Notes under the pieces: generated by a model
Databases searched by the model: none
The model's input: only the letters and a program-made list of their open reading frames with translations
Told to the model about the DNA's origin: nothing
Shown here: positions 25,420-36,040 of the stretch, in pieces
Layout of the letters: every line of letters starts with the position of its first letter
Numbering within the stretch: the stretch's first letter is position 1
Source: Convolutriloba macropyga
Taxonomy: Eukaryota
NCBI RefSeq assembly: GCF_964194025.1
Contig: NC_134471.1
Coordinates: forward strand, 37,386,001 to 37,450,000
Direction: 5' to 3'
DNA length: 64,000 nucleotides
Made by a program: the position numbers and the translations under genes

Positions 25420-27200
25420 AGTTGTAATACCCAAATGTTACTTTTACTCGACGTGGAAGGTATGTATTCTTCTGTTAGTGTAATACATTCTTACTGACAG
25501 TTGAAGTATTCGTCTTGTGTATCTTGGTTGAGTTCTAAGAGTAAGTTTTCTAACTGTTGTTCTTAGAGTTGTTCTTCTGAAATAAACTTTGAGTTTCTCT
25601 TTGTTCCGTGTATGACGTTGTGTGTTCTGTGTGTTCTTGGTCTAAGAGTGAATTAAAGTAATTTCGTACATTGCGAAGGCGATTACGTGAGATTGGTCGT
25701 CGTGAACGATTTCAATCTCTATTATAGTTAGGTGGTTGCGATCGAGAGTTATTAGAGTAATTGTTGTATTCATTATAGTTTGGTCTGTCCGAACGTTTTG
25801 TGGTCTCGAGTATGGTGAACCTATTCTTCTTGGTGGCTTAAAATTACTGTTTCCGTAATATGGTTTCGAGTTTATAAATAAAGATTTATTAGTGCTTCTC
25901 TGTCGAGAAGTGTCTCGATTTTACCTACAGTTGCGCCGTGAGCAATAGGGAAAAAATAGTGGTTTACCAGTTATATTATTTGATGTGACTTGTTTAATTG
26001 GGAGATTTTGATTCCCTTTCATTTTGCTTTAAGAATTTTGCTTTTGAAAATTGCTTGATTAAAATTTTGTTTTGAATAATTGGTTTTCAAGTGGATTTAC
26101 ATATCTTTTCTCCGGGCAAGTGGAAACACTGTGTCCTGATCCTGGACATTTTTTTGAGGAATGGTTATCCTTTAGAATTTGGATTATTTGATACCTGTGT
26201 CGCACTACGTTGATCCCATGTGCAGTATCTTGTTCCATAATGCGGAAATCATCTAATTTTAGATTATCTATATTTAAAAATACATTATTTATGAATGATG
26301 AAAGAGTGGAATTTGAGCTTATTTTATGTATATCTCTGTGTGTTCTACTGATATCTAATTGATGAATTTTCTCAACTAGTTATGTAAATGGAAGCTGTGG
26401 TTCCAAGGCTGTTGAGTTGTGATTAGGAATCATTTCAAGAGGTATTCTAGCTAGTTGTGGATCAAGTGCTTTGAAAGGTGAGTCATTCATCTGTCCAATT
26501 CTTATATCTGGGGCGTTGTTAACATATGCCTTTTTAGACATTTGTACAATTCTGAGTGCTAATGTTTTTATTTGTTCTCATTGAGCACGTGTTAATCTTT
26601 CTAGGAGTAATTTCGCTTGTGTTTGCCATGTCTTCTGAAATTTTTGACGAAATGTTTGCCAGTTCTTTTTAATTTCTAGTGTTAAGTGTGAACACCTCTG
26701 TTGTGCCGGGCAGATTAAAGACGTTTGTATCATGGCTGTTAGTTTTAGAATTCAAGCCCCATGCTACGCTGAGTCGATTTGTTCGGGTCTTGCTGTTCTT
26801 GCCATATTCGCTGTAATAGCGTTTAGAAAATCTTCGGTAGTGTACGTTGGGTCAGAACCATCAAACGGTCTTAGAAACTGCTGCATGGCTACTGAGCCTC
26901 CCCGATAAGATTATATCATTTTTGTGTTACGTCTAACAACTTTTGAAGGTGTTTGTGGATAGTAAGGGGTTGGAGCGTTTGTTGTCTTTTGAGTGTTTTG
27001 TGAGTTAAATTATCAAACAAAATTTATTATTTGTTGTGGTGTTAATTGAATTTTTAGATTGTTAGTTGGCGCTGGTTGAAATGACGTATTTAAAATAACT
27101 GATTCACTATTAAAATGTACTGAATTTTGTGGGCGTGGTAGAGGTGGATTTAACTTAGTTAGTAGTGAAAGATTGTGTCTAGCGGATTTGAGTTTTGTGT
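25420..27200 (-). pseudogene. gag: gag (capsid and degenerate CCHC knuckle); boundaries approximate
   Basis: MQQFLRPFDGSDPTYTTEDFLNAITANM (~26803-26887), AMIQTSLICPAQQRCSHLTLEIKKNWQTFRQKFQK, and C-P-GSGHSVSTCP (~26110-26150). Confidence 0.8.
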
Positions 27201-27254
27201 CACATCAGTTGAGTTCAGAGGTTGTCTATTTCTATGATTTTTGTAAATTTTTGT

Positions 27255-27372
27255 TTTGTTATTATTATCACTAAATACTTGCTATTATTATTCTTATTTT
27301 TATTATTATTATTATTATTTTTTTATTACTATTATTATTTTAATTTTTTTTACTACTATTATTAGTATTATT
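27255..27372. repeat. Degenerate (TTA)n microsatellite
   Basis: ttattattatt runs with interruptions. Confidence 0.85.
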
Positions 27373-27624
27373 GGTTTTGAGATCAATTAGTGAAAGAGTT
27401 TTTACAGTGTCTGATGACAAAAGTGCTCCATCGTTTAACAGTGTGGAATCAAATTCAGTTCAATGTTTGCATTTAAGTTGGAGTCCATCGTCCTTGAATG
27501 AACTATAGTATCTATATTTTCTACTAGTGATGCTTCAAGGGATGTATTCGTGTTTTCTGTAAGATTTGTGAAAATAAATGATTGGTTTTCGGCATTAAGA
27601 TTTTTAATTTCAATTTTTTTATGA

Positions 27625-28467
27625 TCATTTTTTTTGTACATTTCCTGAGGGTACATCTGTGATGATAACAAAATTTCCCGGAAACCAATTTGGATCATAG
27701 ATATAGTGTTGTGTTTCTGGTAGTTGATCTATTAATTGGGTGTGTTTGCGGACGGTAGGTTTTTTAGCCTGAAAAGTTTGTCTTACTAAACTTTTCCAAA
27801 CTCTGTGTATATACCAGGATAGAATTTTGAGGGAGTCTAATATTTTCTCTTTTGATAGAGCGGCATCCTTTGCAGAGCCTCTATATGTTTTTAGGTGGTT
27901 GAAACCTTCACTTTCCTGTCGAGTAATTTTATGTACGCTTTCTTTTTGTGATTGTGAAGCAGCGGTATTTAGTGTCGACGCTAGGCATTTTAGAAATTCA
28001 AATGATGATTTTCTAAATGCACCAGCTCTATCAGAGGGTTGTAATTCTGTCCAAATTCCGTTAAAGAATTCAAATAGTGTGTCTGATAATGCATTAAATA
28101 AAATATCATAGATGAGTGAGATATTGTAATTTGTGAGTGGCTGGCGAATGAAAAGAATTGATCCACATTTTGTGAGTTGAGTTCCGTAGATTTCAATTAA
28201 GTATGAAAGAGAAGCGGTCCATGAGATTTGTGAAGCTCTATCCGGTAAGGAAAGGAGAAGCTGTTGCTCCACTGCAAAATAGTGGTATTTGAGTTATTTT
28301 GCTGTGTTTAAGAGTAGGCTTAATTCATGTTGGTGTTGCTATTATATAATTTTAAGAGGTAAGATTTCATGCATGAGACGTTTGTTCTGTTGTGTAAGAA
28401 CGGCTAATTATAATTTTTTGGAATGTGTGTCCGATTTTGATGATGTTTGGCCAGTGTGACGGCTCAT
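27625..28467 (-). pseudogene. Extra ORF upstream of gag (215-aa open stretch; in-frame ATG at 28467 with intervening stops)
   Basis: ORF 27625-28272 is the longest in the window, lies just after the PBS and is helical-looking; no recognised domain. Confidence 0.55.
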
Positions 28468-28645
28468 TTTGTTAATACTAGTGTTTTTATGTGAATTTTC
28501 TTAATTATTTGTTGGGGTTGTGTTCCCCGTTTTCTAAATCTTTAGCGTAAAGAGAGTAAAAAATTATTAAAACTAGCTCTAAGTCTTGTTCACAAGAGAG
28601 AATAATGTGTTTTGTGTGAGTTCTTTTTCCGGTCGAATTTTGTTA

Positions 28646-28662
28646 ACTCACTGGTCGCACCA
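28646..28662 (-). promoter_or_regulatory. Primer-binding site
   Basis: Minus strand TGGTGCGACCAGTGAGT directly after the LTR end ...TTAAC(T); complementary to a tRNA 3' end ...GCACCA. Confidence 0.8.
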
Positions 28663-28885
28663 GTTAAAGCAGACTCAAGATGGGCTCCTTTTGCAGCCTT
28701 CGGGTGTAAAGAGCTAGGGCTACTTATTTCTGCGCGCGAAGTAGGCTTACCTATATCTCTAAGACTAACCGACTCAGAAGATAAACTTCTATTAAAACGG
28801 TGGTAATACACTATAGCACCGGAGTCATGTGTATACATATGATGTATCTAAACTAACAGAATGAATAGAGTTAGTGGGGCATGTG
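28662..28885 (-). repeat. 5' LTR, truncated on its outer side
   Basis: Aligns with 6528-6760 at roughly 80% identity by eye; homology is lost after ~28885. Confidence 0.88.
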
Positions 28886-29332
28886 CTTTCTAGAAGAGAA
28901 TAGTGTCTTCTCAGTCTCTGATTGGTTGGAGGTGTACATCCAGTATTTCTACTGCTACAATATTTCAACCTGTAGATAATCTTAAAAAAAATTGTATATC
29001 CTATTGAGGCTACACAAAACAGTTCATGAAGCATACTGAACAAGACCAGAGAATGAACAAAATAGCATGAATTGAGTGATTCACCAAAAAAGGTTTACCT
29101 GTTGATCGTAGACTTAATTTTTCGTAACGTAGCGAAGTCACTCAAAACAATTAATTGCCACTCCAGAGCGTGCAAATTATTTAAGATTTTGAATTTTTCT
29201 TGATCTATATTAGATGTATCCCAAGCATATCAGTTATTCAGTTAGTTTACATTCTTCAGTTTTTAATAAATATTGAATTTATATCGGCTTTGCACATAAT
29301 CTTGATTGAACTTTATGACGCTTGTCTCTCAG

Positions 29333-29359
29333 AATGAATATTTAGAAATTTTTCGACAA
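29333..29359 (+). CDS. Candidate 27-nt micro-exon (NEYLEIFRQ) of the FReD gene
   Basis: cttgtctctcag| acceptor and |gtgaac donor; phase 0 at both ends, compatible with the neighbouring exons. Confidence 0.3.
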
Positions 29360-29770
29360 GTGAACTGTGAAGAAGATTGCTTTGCGAGAGCGCTGACTGG
29401 CGTTCCATTAGCGAAGCCATAGTAGCATGAAATATTAGAGAAAGAGTTGAAATAATTTCATGTAATTTTCTTGGCAAGTCGTATTTAGCAATCAGAAATG
29501 GATCAAAAGCTAATCATCCAAAAATCATGAAAAGTACAAATTCAAGCAGAAATTTCGAGACCAATCTATATGAAATAAGGAATATTGTGTTTCCTATATG
29601 GAACAATAAATTATTGTGTACTGCACAAACTAAACGTTGATCTTATGAGGATGGGTCAGTATGAATTTAGTTTCCTGGCTGAATTTGAAATAAACAAAAG
29701 CTCAACTGATATTCGAAGAATTTGGAACAGTGGATTGGCTAGACCCCAGTTTAACGCATTTGTATTTCAG

Positions 29771-30110
29771 ACTTACGATATACCGATAGACGGCAAAACT
29801 TCATTGGAATTATTGATGGAGGCGGGTGTGCAAAATGCAAGTAAATACGTGACGGAATTCGGATTCATCGTGGTCCAAGAACGGACTAGTGCATCGATGA
29901 CATTTTACCTAACACTGTCAAATTACACCGAGGGTTTCGGCGATTCACAAAATTTTTGGATAGGGCTGGACGTGATGAATAAATTAACCTCACGGTATAC
30001 TTGGATACTTCGAATTGAAGCCCGGGTATCTGGAACTGGTTTGTTTGCTATTGGAGAGTACCACAATTTTAGAGTAGCTTCACGTGACCAGAACTACCGC
30101 TTCAATATAG
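29771..30110 (+). CDS. Fibrinogen-related domain (FReD) protein, exon with the N-terminal part of the domain
   Basis: GFIVVQERTSASMTFYLTLSNYTEGFGDSQNFWIGLDVMNKLT...LRIEA...GEYHNFRVASRDQNYRF are classic FBG motifs. tttcag| acceptor at 29770; |gtaatt donor at 30111 (phase 1). Confidence 0.9.
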
Positions 30111-32029
30111 GTAATTTCGACAACTTTGGCTGTTGAACTCAAGTCTTCGTAGACGCAATGGTCATAAAGGACCTCAATAATGGGCATAAAGATGCATGCA
30201 GCAAACAGACAATGCACCTCAACTCGCATTTGATAAAAATGCAGTGAAAGTCAAAAATAGAAACGCAAAGCGTAAAGCTCTAGCCAAATAAATGCTCTCT
30301 GATTATTTAGCTCAGTACAATCAGTAACACTATTCATTGTGAGCGTCTACCGGTACCAAATTTGTGAGTAAATTTAATCGTTGTTATTACCTGACATCTA
30401 TAATTTTTCTATGTTCATGCATCGTGCGTGTGAAACATATTTACAAAGTTTGCGGACGAAAAGGCGGTGCCCCACATGGAAATTCCAGTCAAAGTTTTTC
30501 ACCTTTAAACTGTAAGTGAAAACTGCTTTGCCGCAAAATATGTTTGGTGCGTTCCATCAAGAATTGTGCGGCAGATTAATTGCAGTATAATCCTTAATCT
30601 TAGTAATCTTGAACATGGAACCAAAAAATTAAGCAGCAAAAGAATTAATTTTCAGTGAAATGCTCTAACAGCCGAACGTAAGTACTTTTCACAATCAGGT
30701 GATCCCATGTTTCATTTTAAGGTTCTTAAATTCTTTGGGGAAAACACTTTCAAGAAAGTTAAGCGCTTTTCGCATTGAACGAAAATCAGCACTTGAAAGC
30801 GTTAGCCACTTTCTTTGGAAGTAAGTTTTTTTGTTACCAGTAGACGCTCATAATTTTGTTTTAAGGCCCCACCCGTACTGACCGCAAGTCAATATCACTA
30901 ATTGGCAAGTTTATTTAAAGGTATCCGTACTGATTCAGAGCTACAATCATAACATATTTTTATTTGTCAGTCTTGTGCATGCTTTGGCTAAGACTTTCCA
31001 AGTCTTAATCCTGGTGACAAGAAAAGTACCCCGTAATTGCGGCACATTTTGAAAATCCTTCTTCTGATTGAAAAATGCTTCTTTCGCCGGATCTGGGAAT
31101 AAGACACAGTATCGCATCTATCAAGGTATCTGCCACCTTGATTCCATATCACTTGTATAGGCTTGACCAAAAAAGTTTTGCCAACTGACCAAATTAAAAT
31201 TTCTGATTTTGCAAATGATAGAATTGTTAGAATTATGCTGCGAAATTTGAAAGGTAAATAACATATTGAAGCGCTGATTTTTTGATTTATGGGCTACTTT
31301 AAAAGTTTTTGAGAAAAACTGGCTCGGGTTTTTAATTCAATTTCAGGGCTTAGGTTAGTCTTTTTTCTTCAAAATATGTCAGTAGATTCTTAATGTTTAT
31401 AATCAAAAAGAAATTTATAGAATATACAAGTAATGGGTAAACAATATTACTATCCGATTGAGTTAAAACATATGTTAAAATCAACTTCCCAGAGAATTGC
31501 AAAGTTCTGAAAGCTTCTGGTTGATTTATGTAGTTTTTCGAGATTTTGATGGAAAGAATAGCAAACGCCATATGGTCGTTAGAAAAATGATTGCTCCTAA
31601 AGTTAACTAGCAGAAAAGAATGTAGAGCGATCTTAATATCTTGATTTTTATTTCTCGCGTGCAGTTCGTGCAATTGATTAACGAATCCAGACCCGAGTCA
31701 AGACGGATACAAGTTTCGTTTTACGTCTTGCTTTAAACTCGGCAGGTCGTAAGTTACTTCTTGAACGAGTGAGTTTTGATTAGGCTTGAACCGAGTAACT
31801 GCCCAGTTCACAGTATCGCTTTAATTAAAGAAACCTCGAGGTCGATGACTAGAGTCATAAAAAAACACAAATTAGAAAAAAGATGCTTAAAACAGCTCTA
31901 ATAAAGTAGTGTGGAAATAATTCTTTTCGATTAACTCCTTCAAAAACTACTGAAACCAACTGATCATGAAAAACAATCAAAATTTGTTCGTGGCCGTCCC
32001 GAGTTCACTACACCAAAAAGCGACTTAAA

Positions 32030-32205
32030 ATATCGTCGGTAGTATTGTGAGAGAGCTTCGATGTCTTCGGCATCTTCGGTATCGTCGTTTTTGAACGCAA
32101 CAGAGATTCGCAACAATACTGAATCTCGCTTATGTTAAATACCGAGTAAAAACGACGACATCGACGTGAATTTTTTTTGGTTAAAAACGACGATACCGAC
32201 GATAT
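32030..32205. repeat. Small palindromic MITE-like element
   Basis: atatcgtcggta and ggtatcgtcgttttt near the left are inverted relative to aaaacgacgataccgacgatat at the right; internal gagattc...gaatctc hairpin. Confidence 0.5.
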
Positions 32206-33769
32206 CTTATATGTTTACTAAAAACGACAATTTCTCGACAAGGGATGTAATCAACAGTCAAAAAGCACAAATCGTACCACTCATAGAGTTGAAAAATTCT
32301 CTTCACTTTTGATCCGATTTTGATTCAGCCGAGCCAGAACCGTAGCCCACTTGCCTTTTAAAAGCGTCAAAATGCGCCTTATTGAAAACACTCCTGTTTC
32401 GACTTGACAAGACAAGGAGGCTCGTTACTGTGCGTTCGCACATGATGTTCCGACCCGCGCTCATCTACATTTTGACTTAACTGTCTTTGGACGTACATTT
32501 TTCACAAAGAGATAATAAAAGTAGATGTTTGAGTTTAAAAAAGTTGTTACACAATCAAACTAATAATTGAATTAAATAATACCATGTCTCATTACAACAA
32601 AATCTGCCAATTAAAAGACATTAAAAAAATCAACCACAAAAAATCAAAAACAAAAATTACACGGCAGAAACTCTAAAAATACCTAAATTTGAAAGCACCT
32701 AGTAAGAGCGTCAAAAAGCAATCAGTTAAAACCTTAACAACACAAATTTACTTTTTCCTAATTATACAGCAGACGAAAATTTTTTGTAATGAGACAAAGT
32801 ATCAAGTCGACAAAAAAAGAATAAGAAATGAGGCGAAACTCAAAAATCAACATTTTTTTAAACCAATTATTTTCAAAAATCTTAAAAATCATTAGCTTTT
32901 CTAGCTTTTATTAATTCGTGATAAATTTACTTAAATCATAATGAAACCAATAGGACTTGTTTTTGGTTAAATTAAGCGATAAGAATGGACTAAAGATGCG
33001 AAAAACTCAACAAAATACGTGCAAAAATTACAAACTTTGCGAAAACACAAATTAGCGAAGCCATTAAAATCATTAGATATTTTCTGAATATTATCTAATT
33101 TTATTTCAATTTCTATCTATAATAAATCAGCGAAAGTTATTCTGAATGAGTAAACAATTTCAATGGGGCCACATTTGAAAATCATTCGGAACTGTTATTA
33201 CGCAACTGCTAAAGGAAGAGAAAAATAAACATAAAAATACCACTCAAATAATTTTTGTGAAAACGCATATTGTCCAACAAACAAAACATCAGTTACGTCG
33301 TTTTATCAGAAAACATTTAAATTTTAAAACACAAGGAGTTGTATGGGTCCTCTCTATGTTGAGAATAAGTTACAAGTTGACGAAAAGAACAACAAAAACT
33401 GAAAAATTTGAAAAATCGTTAAATATCCTAAAACGTATAATATCATAAACTTTAAGACTATGGGGTAAAAACTGGCTGCTTTAGTCAAAATTTTCATTCA
33501 ATTCTCAAGTTAAAGCATATAAGACCGGTCAGCATTTTACGGCAACCTAATAGCATTTTACGGCTACCTAATAGTATGCTGTAGAATAACAGCAAATTCA
33601 AGAAGAAATTGAGCGAGAAAAGTGTGAAAGCCACTAAAAAATGAACATTTCAGTTAAAAAGTTTTCTACATTCGATTCAGTTTTTAACAGCACTGCAATT
33701 TTTCTTCCATTCGACTCCAATAAATCAACAAATATGGACAAAAACATTAAAACCACGAAATTTTTGAGA

Positions 33770-34850
33770 AAACCCCTATTATCAACGCCATTAAATTCAA
33801 TAGCTTTCTATGGAAGCTAATAAGTACGCTAAGTTACTCCTCAACGAAAAGCCAAGATGTTTTCATTCATAAGTCATCAAAATGACATTACAATAAGTCA
33901 TTGACTACAAAAACCAATAAATACAGGCAAAACTCAAAAATTAAGTAGATAAGTTAGAGAAGAAAGTGTCGAAGCCAATTAAACCATAAGCTTCTCTGAT
34001 AACTTTATGTATGACCCATTGAACGTCTTCTCTAAGCCAATGAAACTAACAAAGTTGGGATAATTTGTTTTGATTCAAAAAGAAACCAAAAATTACAAAA
34101 AAAAATAACCAAAAAAAATTACAAAAAAAATGAACCGTGCATTGAAGTCATAACACCAATAGTTAGAAATTAAAACCCTAACCAAAAATTTTTGATTGAA
34201 TTAGAAAAGAACAGGGTTCGCACAATACTGAGACTGACTTACATCTCACATAAATAAGTTTAAGATCGGTTAATGTTAAAAAATATTTTCTCGAAAAATC
34301 ATTTTCAATGACTTAACAGCCATTAAATTCAAAAGCTTTCAACAGAAGTCAATAGAAACGCTCAATTGTGCATTGATTGGAGTAAAAGGATATTTTTCAT
34401 ACATTAGTAATCAAAAACACATCACAATAGGTCTTATGATTATGGAAACAACAACAAATACAGGAAAAAACCAAAAATTCAGGAGAAAAGTGCGAGAGGA
34501 AAGTGTCGAAACAATTTATAACATAAGCTTTTCTCTAAATTTTTTTATCCAAGATCCATTAAAGGTCTTCGCTGAGCCATTGGAAGATATCAATATCAGG
34601 ATAATGTGATATGATTTCAACAGGAACCAAAATTACGAAAATATCAAAAACTTAAAAAAAAAATTTGAAACCGTGCGGCATTGAAGTTTTTTAACATATA
34701 TTAAGAAGATGAAACCACTTAACAGATTATTTTTGGTTCACATAGAAAGGAAGAGGGTCCTGTTTTTACTGAGACTGACTTAAAATTCGCGAAAATAAGT
34801 TTATGATCGGTTAAAAAAATTTCTCCCACTTTTTTTTAAAATCCTAACAG
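33770..34850. repeat. Diverged ~540-bp tandem repeat inside the FReD intron (more decayed copies upstream to ~32800)
   Basis: gccattaaattcaa at ~33787 and ~34319; aaagtgtcgaa at ~33963 and ~34500; tactgagactgactta at ~34226 and ~34767. Confidence 0.75.
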
Positions 34851-35492
34851 CCTTTAGCTGTCCACTCAATGATCTAGATAGGTTTACCTAATGCTCATTA
34901 CGAAACCTATTACACTTTTAGTCAACGAGTGCATGCCATGGGACTCCAAAATTAAGTAAAACCTCAAAAAGGACATCAAAATTTCATTTAAAATTACGAA
35001 AACTCAGAAACGAAGCCAAAAAAAACACGAGCGGTTCCTTGAAAACCAATTTTTTGTTGATTGGGCTTCATTAGGCTGTAAATCAGGTTGGTCATTAACG
35101 GAACCTTTATTTGAAAGGTGACTAGTATCTAAGTGACTTAAGAAAACAAAAAAATATGAAAGTTTTCTAAAAAAAGAGCTCTCAAATAGAGCTCTCAAAT
35201 TATATCATTTTGTGGCGTGAAATGTAATTTTGAATTAAAACTTTATATTAAAAAAGCCTTAATTTAATGACAAATTACACTAAAAGTGAACAAAATCATG
35301 GCAAATATCCGGTGTTCACACAAAACTTCAATCCTCAATAACTCCTCGATAATAAACAACATTAAAAAAAATATTTTTAGTTTCGAATTCTACGCTGGAC
35401 GAGCTTTTTAATGATACCACTCACATTTCTCTATGATGAATATATCGATCAGCCAAAATTGTCTGAACAAAAACCAATTTGAGTATATAGTC

Positions 35493-35495
35493 CCC

Positions 35496-35540
<45 letters not shown>
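35493..35540. repeat. Poly-C followed by (CA)n microsatellite
   Basis: Directly visible. Confidence 0.95.
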
Positions 35541-35543
<3 letters not shown>

Positions 35544-35795
35544 TGGGGTCGGAACAATAAGTAACGTGGCTTGATCAGAATTTCATAACTTAATAAAACT
35601 GGTACGCTCAATGCATTTAAATTCATTCACGTTTTCTAATCACCTAAACGGAATTGCTTGTCTAGATTGTTGTTGCAGATGCAACTCATTCAGTGAAACT
35701 GACTTTTTCGCCGGCCAATTTGCAGTATCTTCAATACCTTCATTAGATACAAAAATATGTTATCTATCAGTAGTTTCTATGCAAACCGTTTTCAG

Positions 35796-36040
35796 ATTAC
35801 GAGATCTCCTCTGCGTTTGGCTCAGATTTGCTTCGAATGAATGCGAGACCTTTCTCAACCTCATCTACTTGTGCTGGAAGCTCGCGATACCGATCTGGTT
35901 GGTGGTATCCAACCGACTGCGGGGGTTTCATGCTGAACGCGCCTATGCTCGGCCAGTCGTACGCTCACAGTACATACCAGGCAAGAGTGACATCGAGCAC
36001 TTACGTAACTTCAACCAAAATGATCATCAGACGTGCTTGA
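35796..36040 (+). CDS. FReD protein, terminal exon
   Basis: ttttcag| acceptor; phase-1 join G+AT (Asp) to the exon ending at 30110. Reads YEISSAFGSDLLRMNARPFSTSSTCAGSSRYRSGWWYPTDCGGFMLN...STKMIIRRA*, matching the FBG motifs FST, C-A, GWW, C..LN and KM.IR. Confidence 0.9.

Larger units (their letters stand above)
19498..26740. repeat. Near-identical tandem duplication, ~3.62-kb unit (19498-23118 and 23117-26740), covering gag C-terminus, PR, RT and IN N-terminus
   Basis: Identical ORF pairs 19866-20180 / 23485-23799 and 21019-21201 / 24640-24822. Junction ggctg-tt-gtgtaag with 2-bp microhomology. About ten differences seen by eye. Confidence 0.97.
6528..28885 (-). mobile_element. Large decayed Ty3/Gypsy-type LTR retroelement with env and accessory ORFs (endogenous retrovirus-like)
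   Basis: Direct terminal repeats (6528-6760 vs 28662-28885), a PBS next to the right-hand LTR, and gag, protease, RT, integrase and env remnants in Ty3/Gypsy order on the minus strand. Confidence 0.92.

Noticed and set aside
29585-30136. Single-exon 183-aa FReD ORF or truncated pseudogene
   Set aside because: The ORF overruns splice sites; the missing C-terminal motifs are in the phase-matched exon at 35796-36040.
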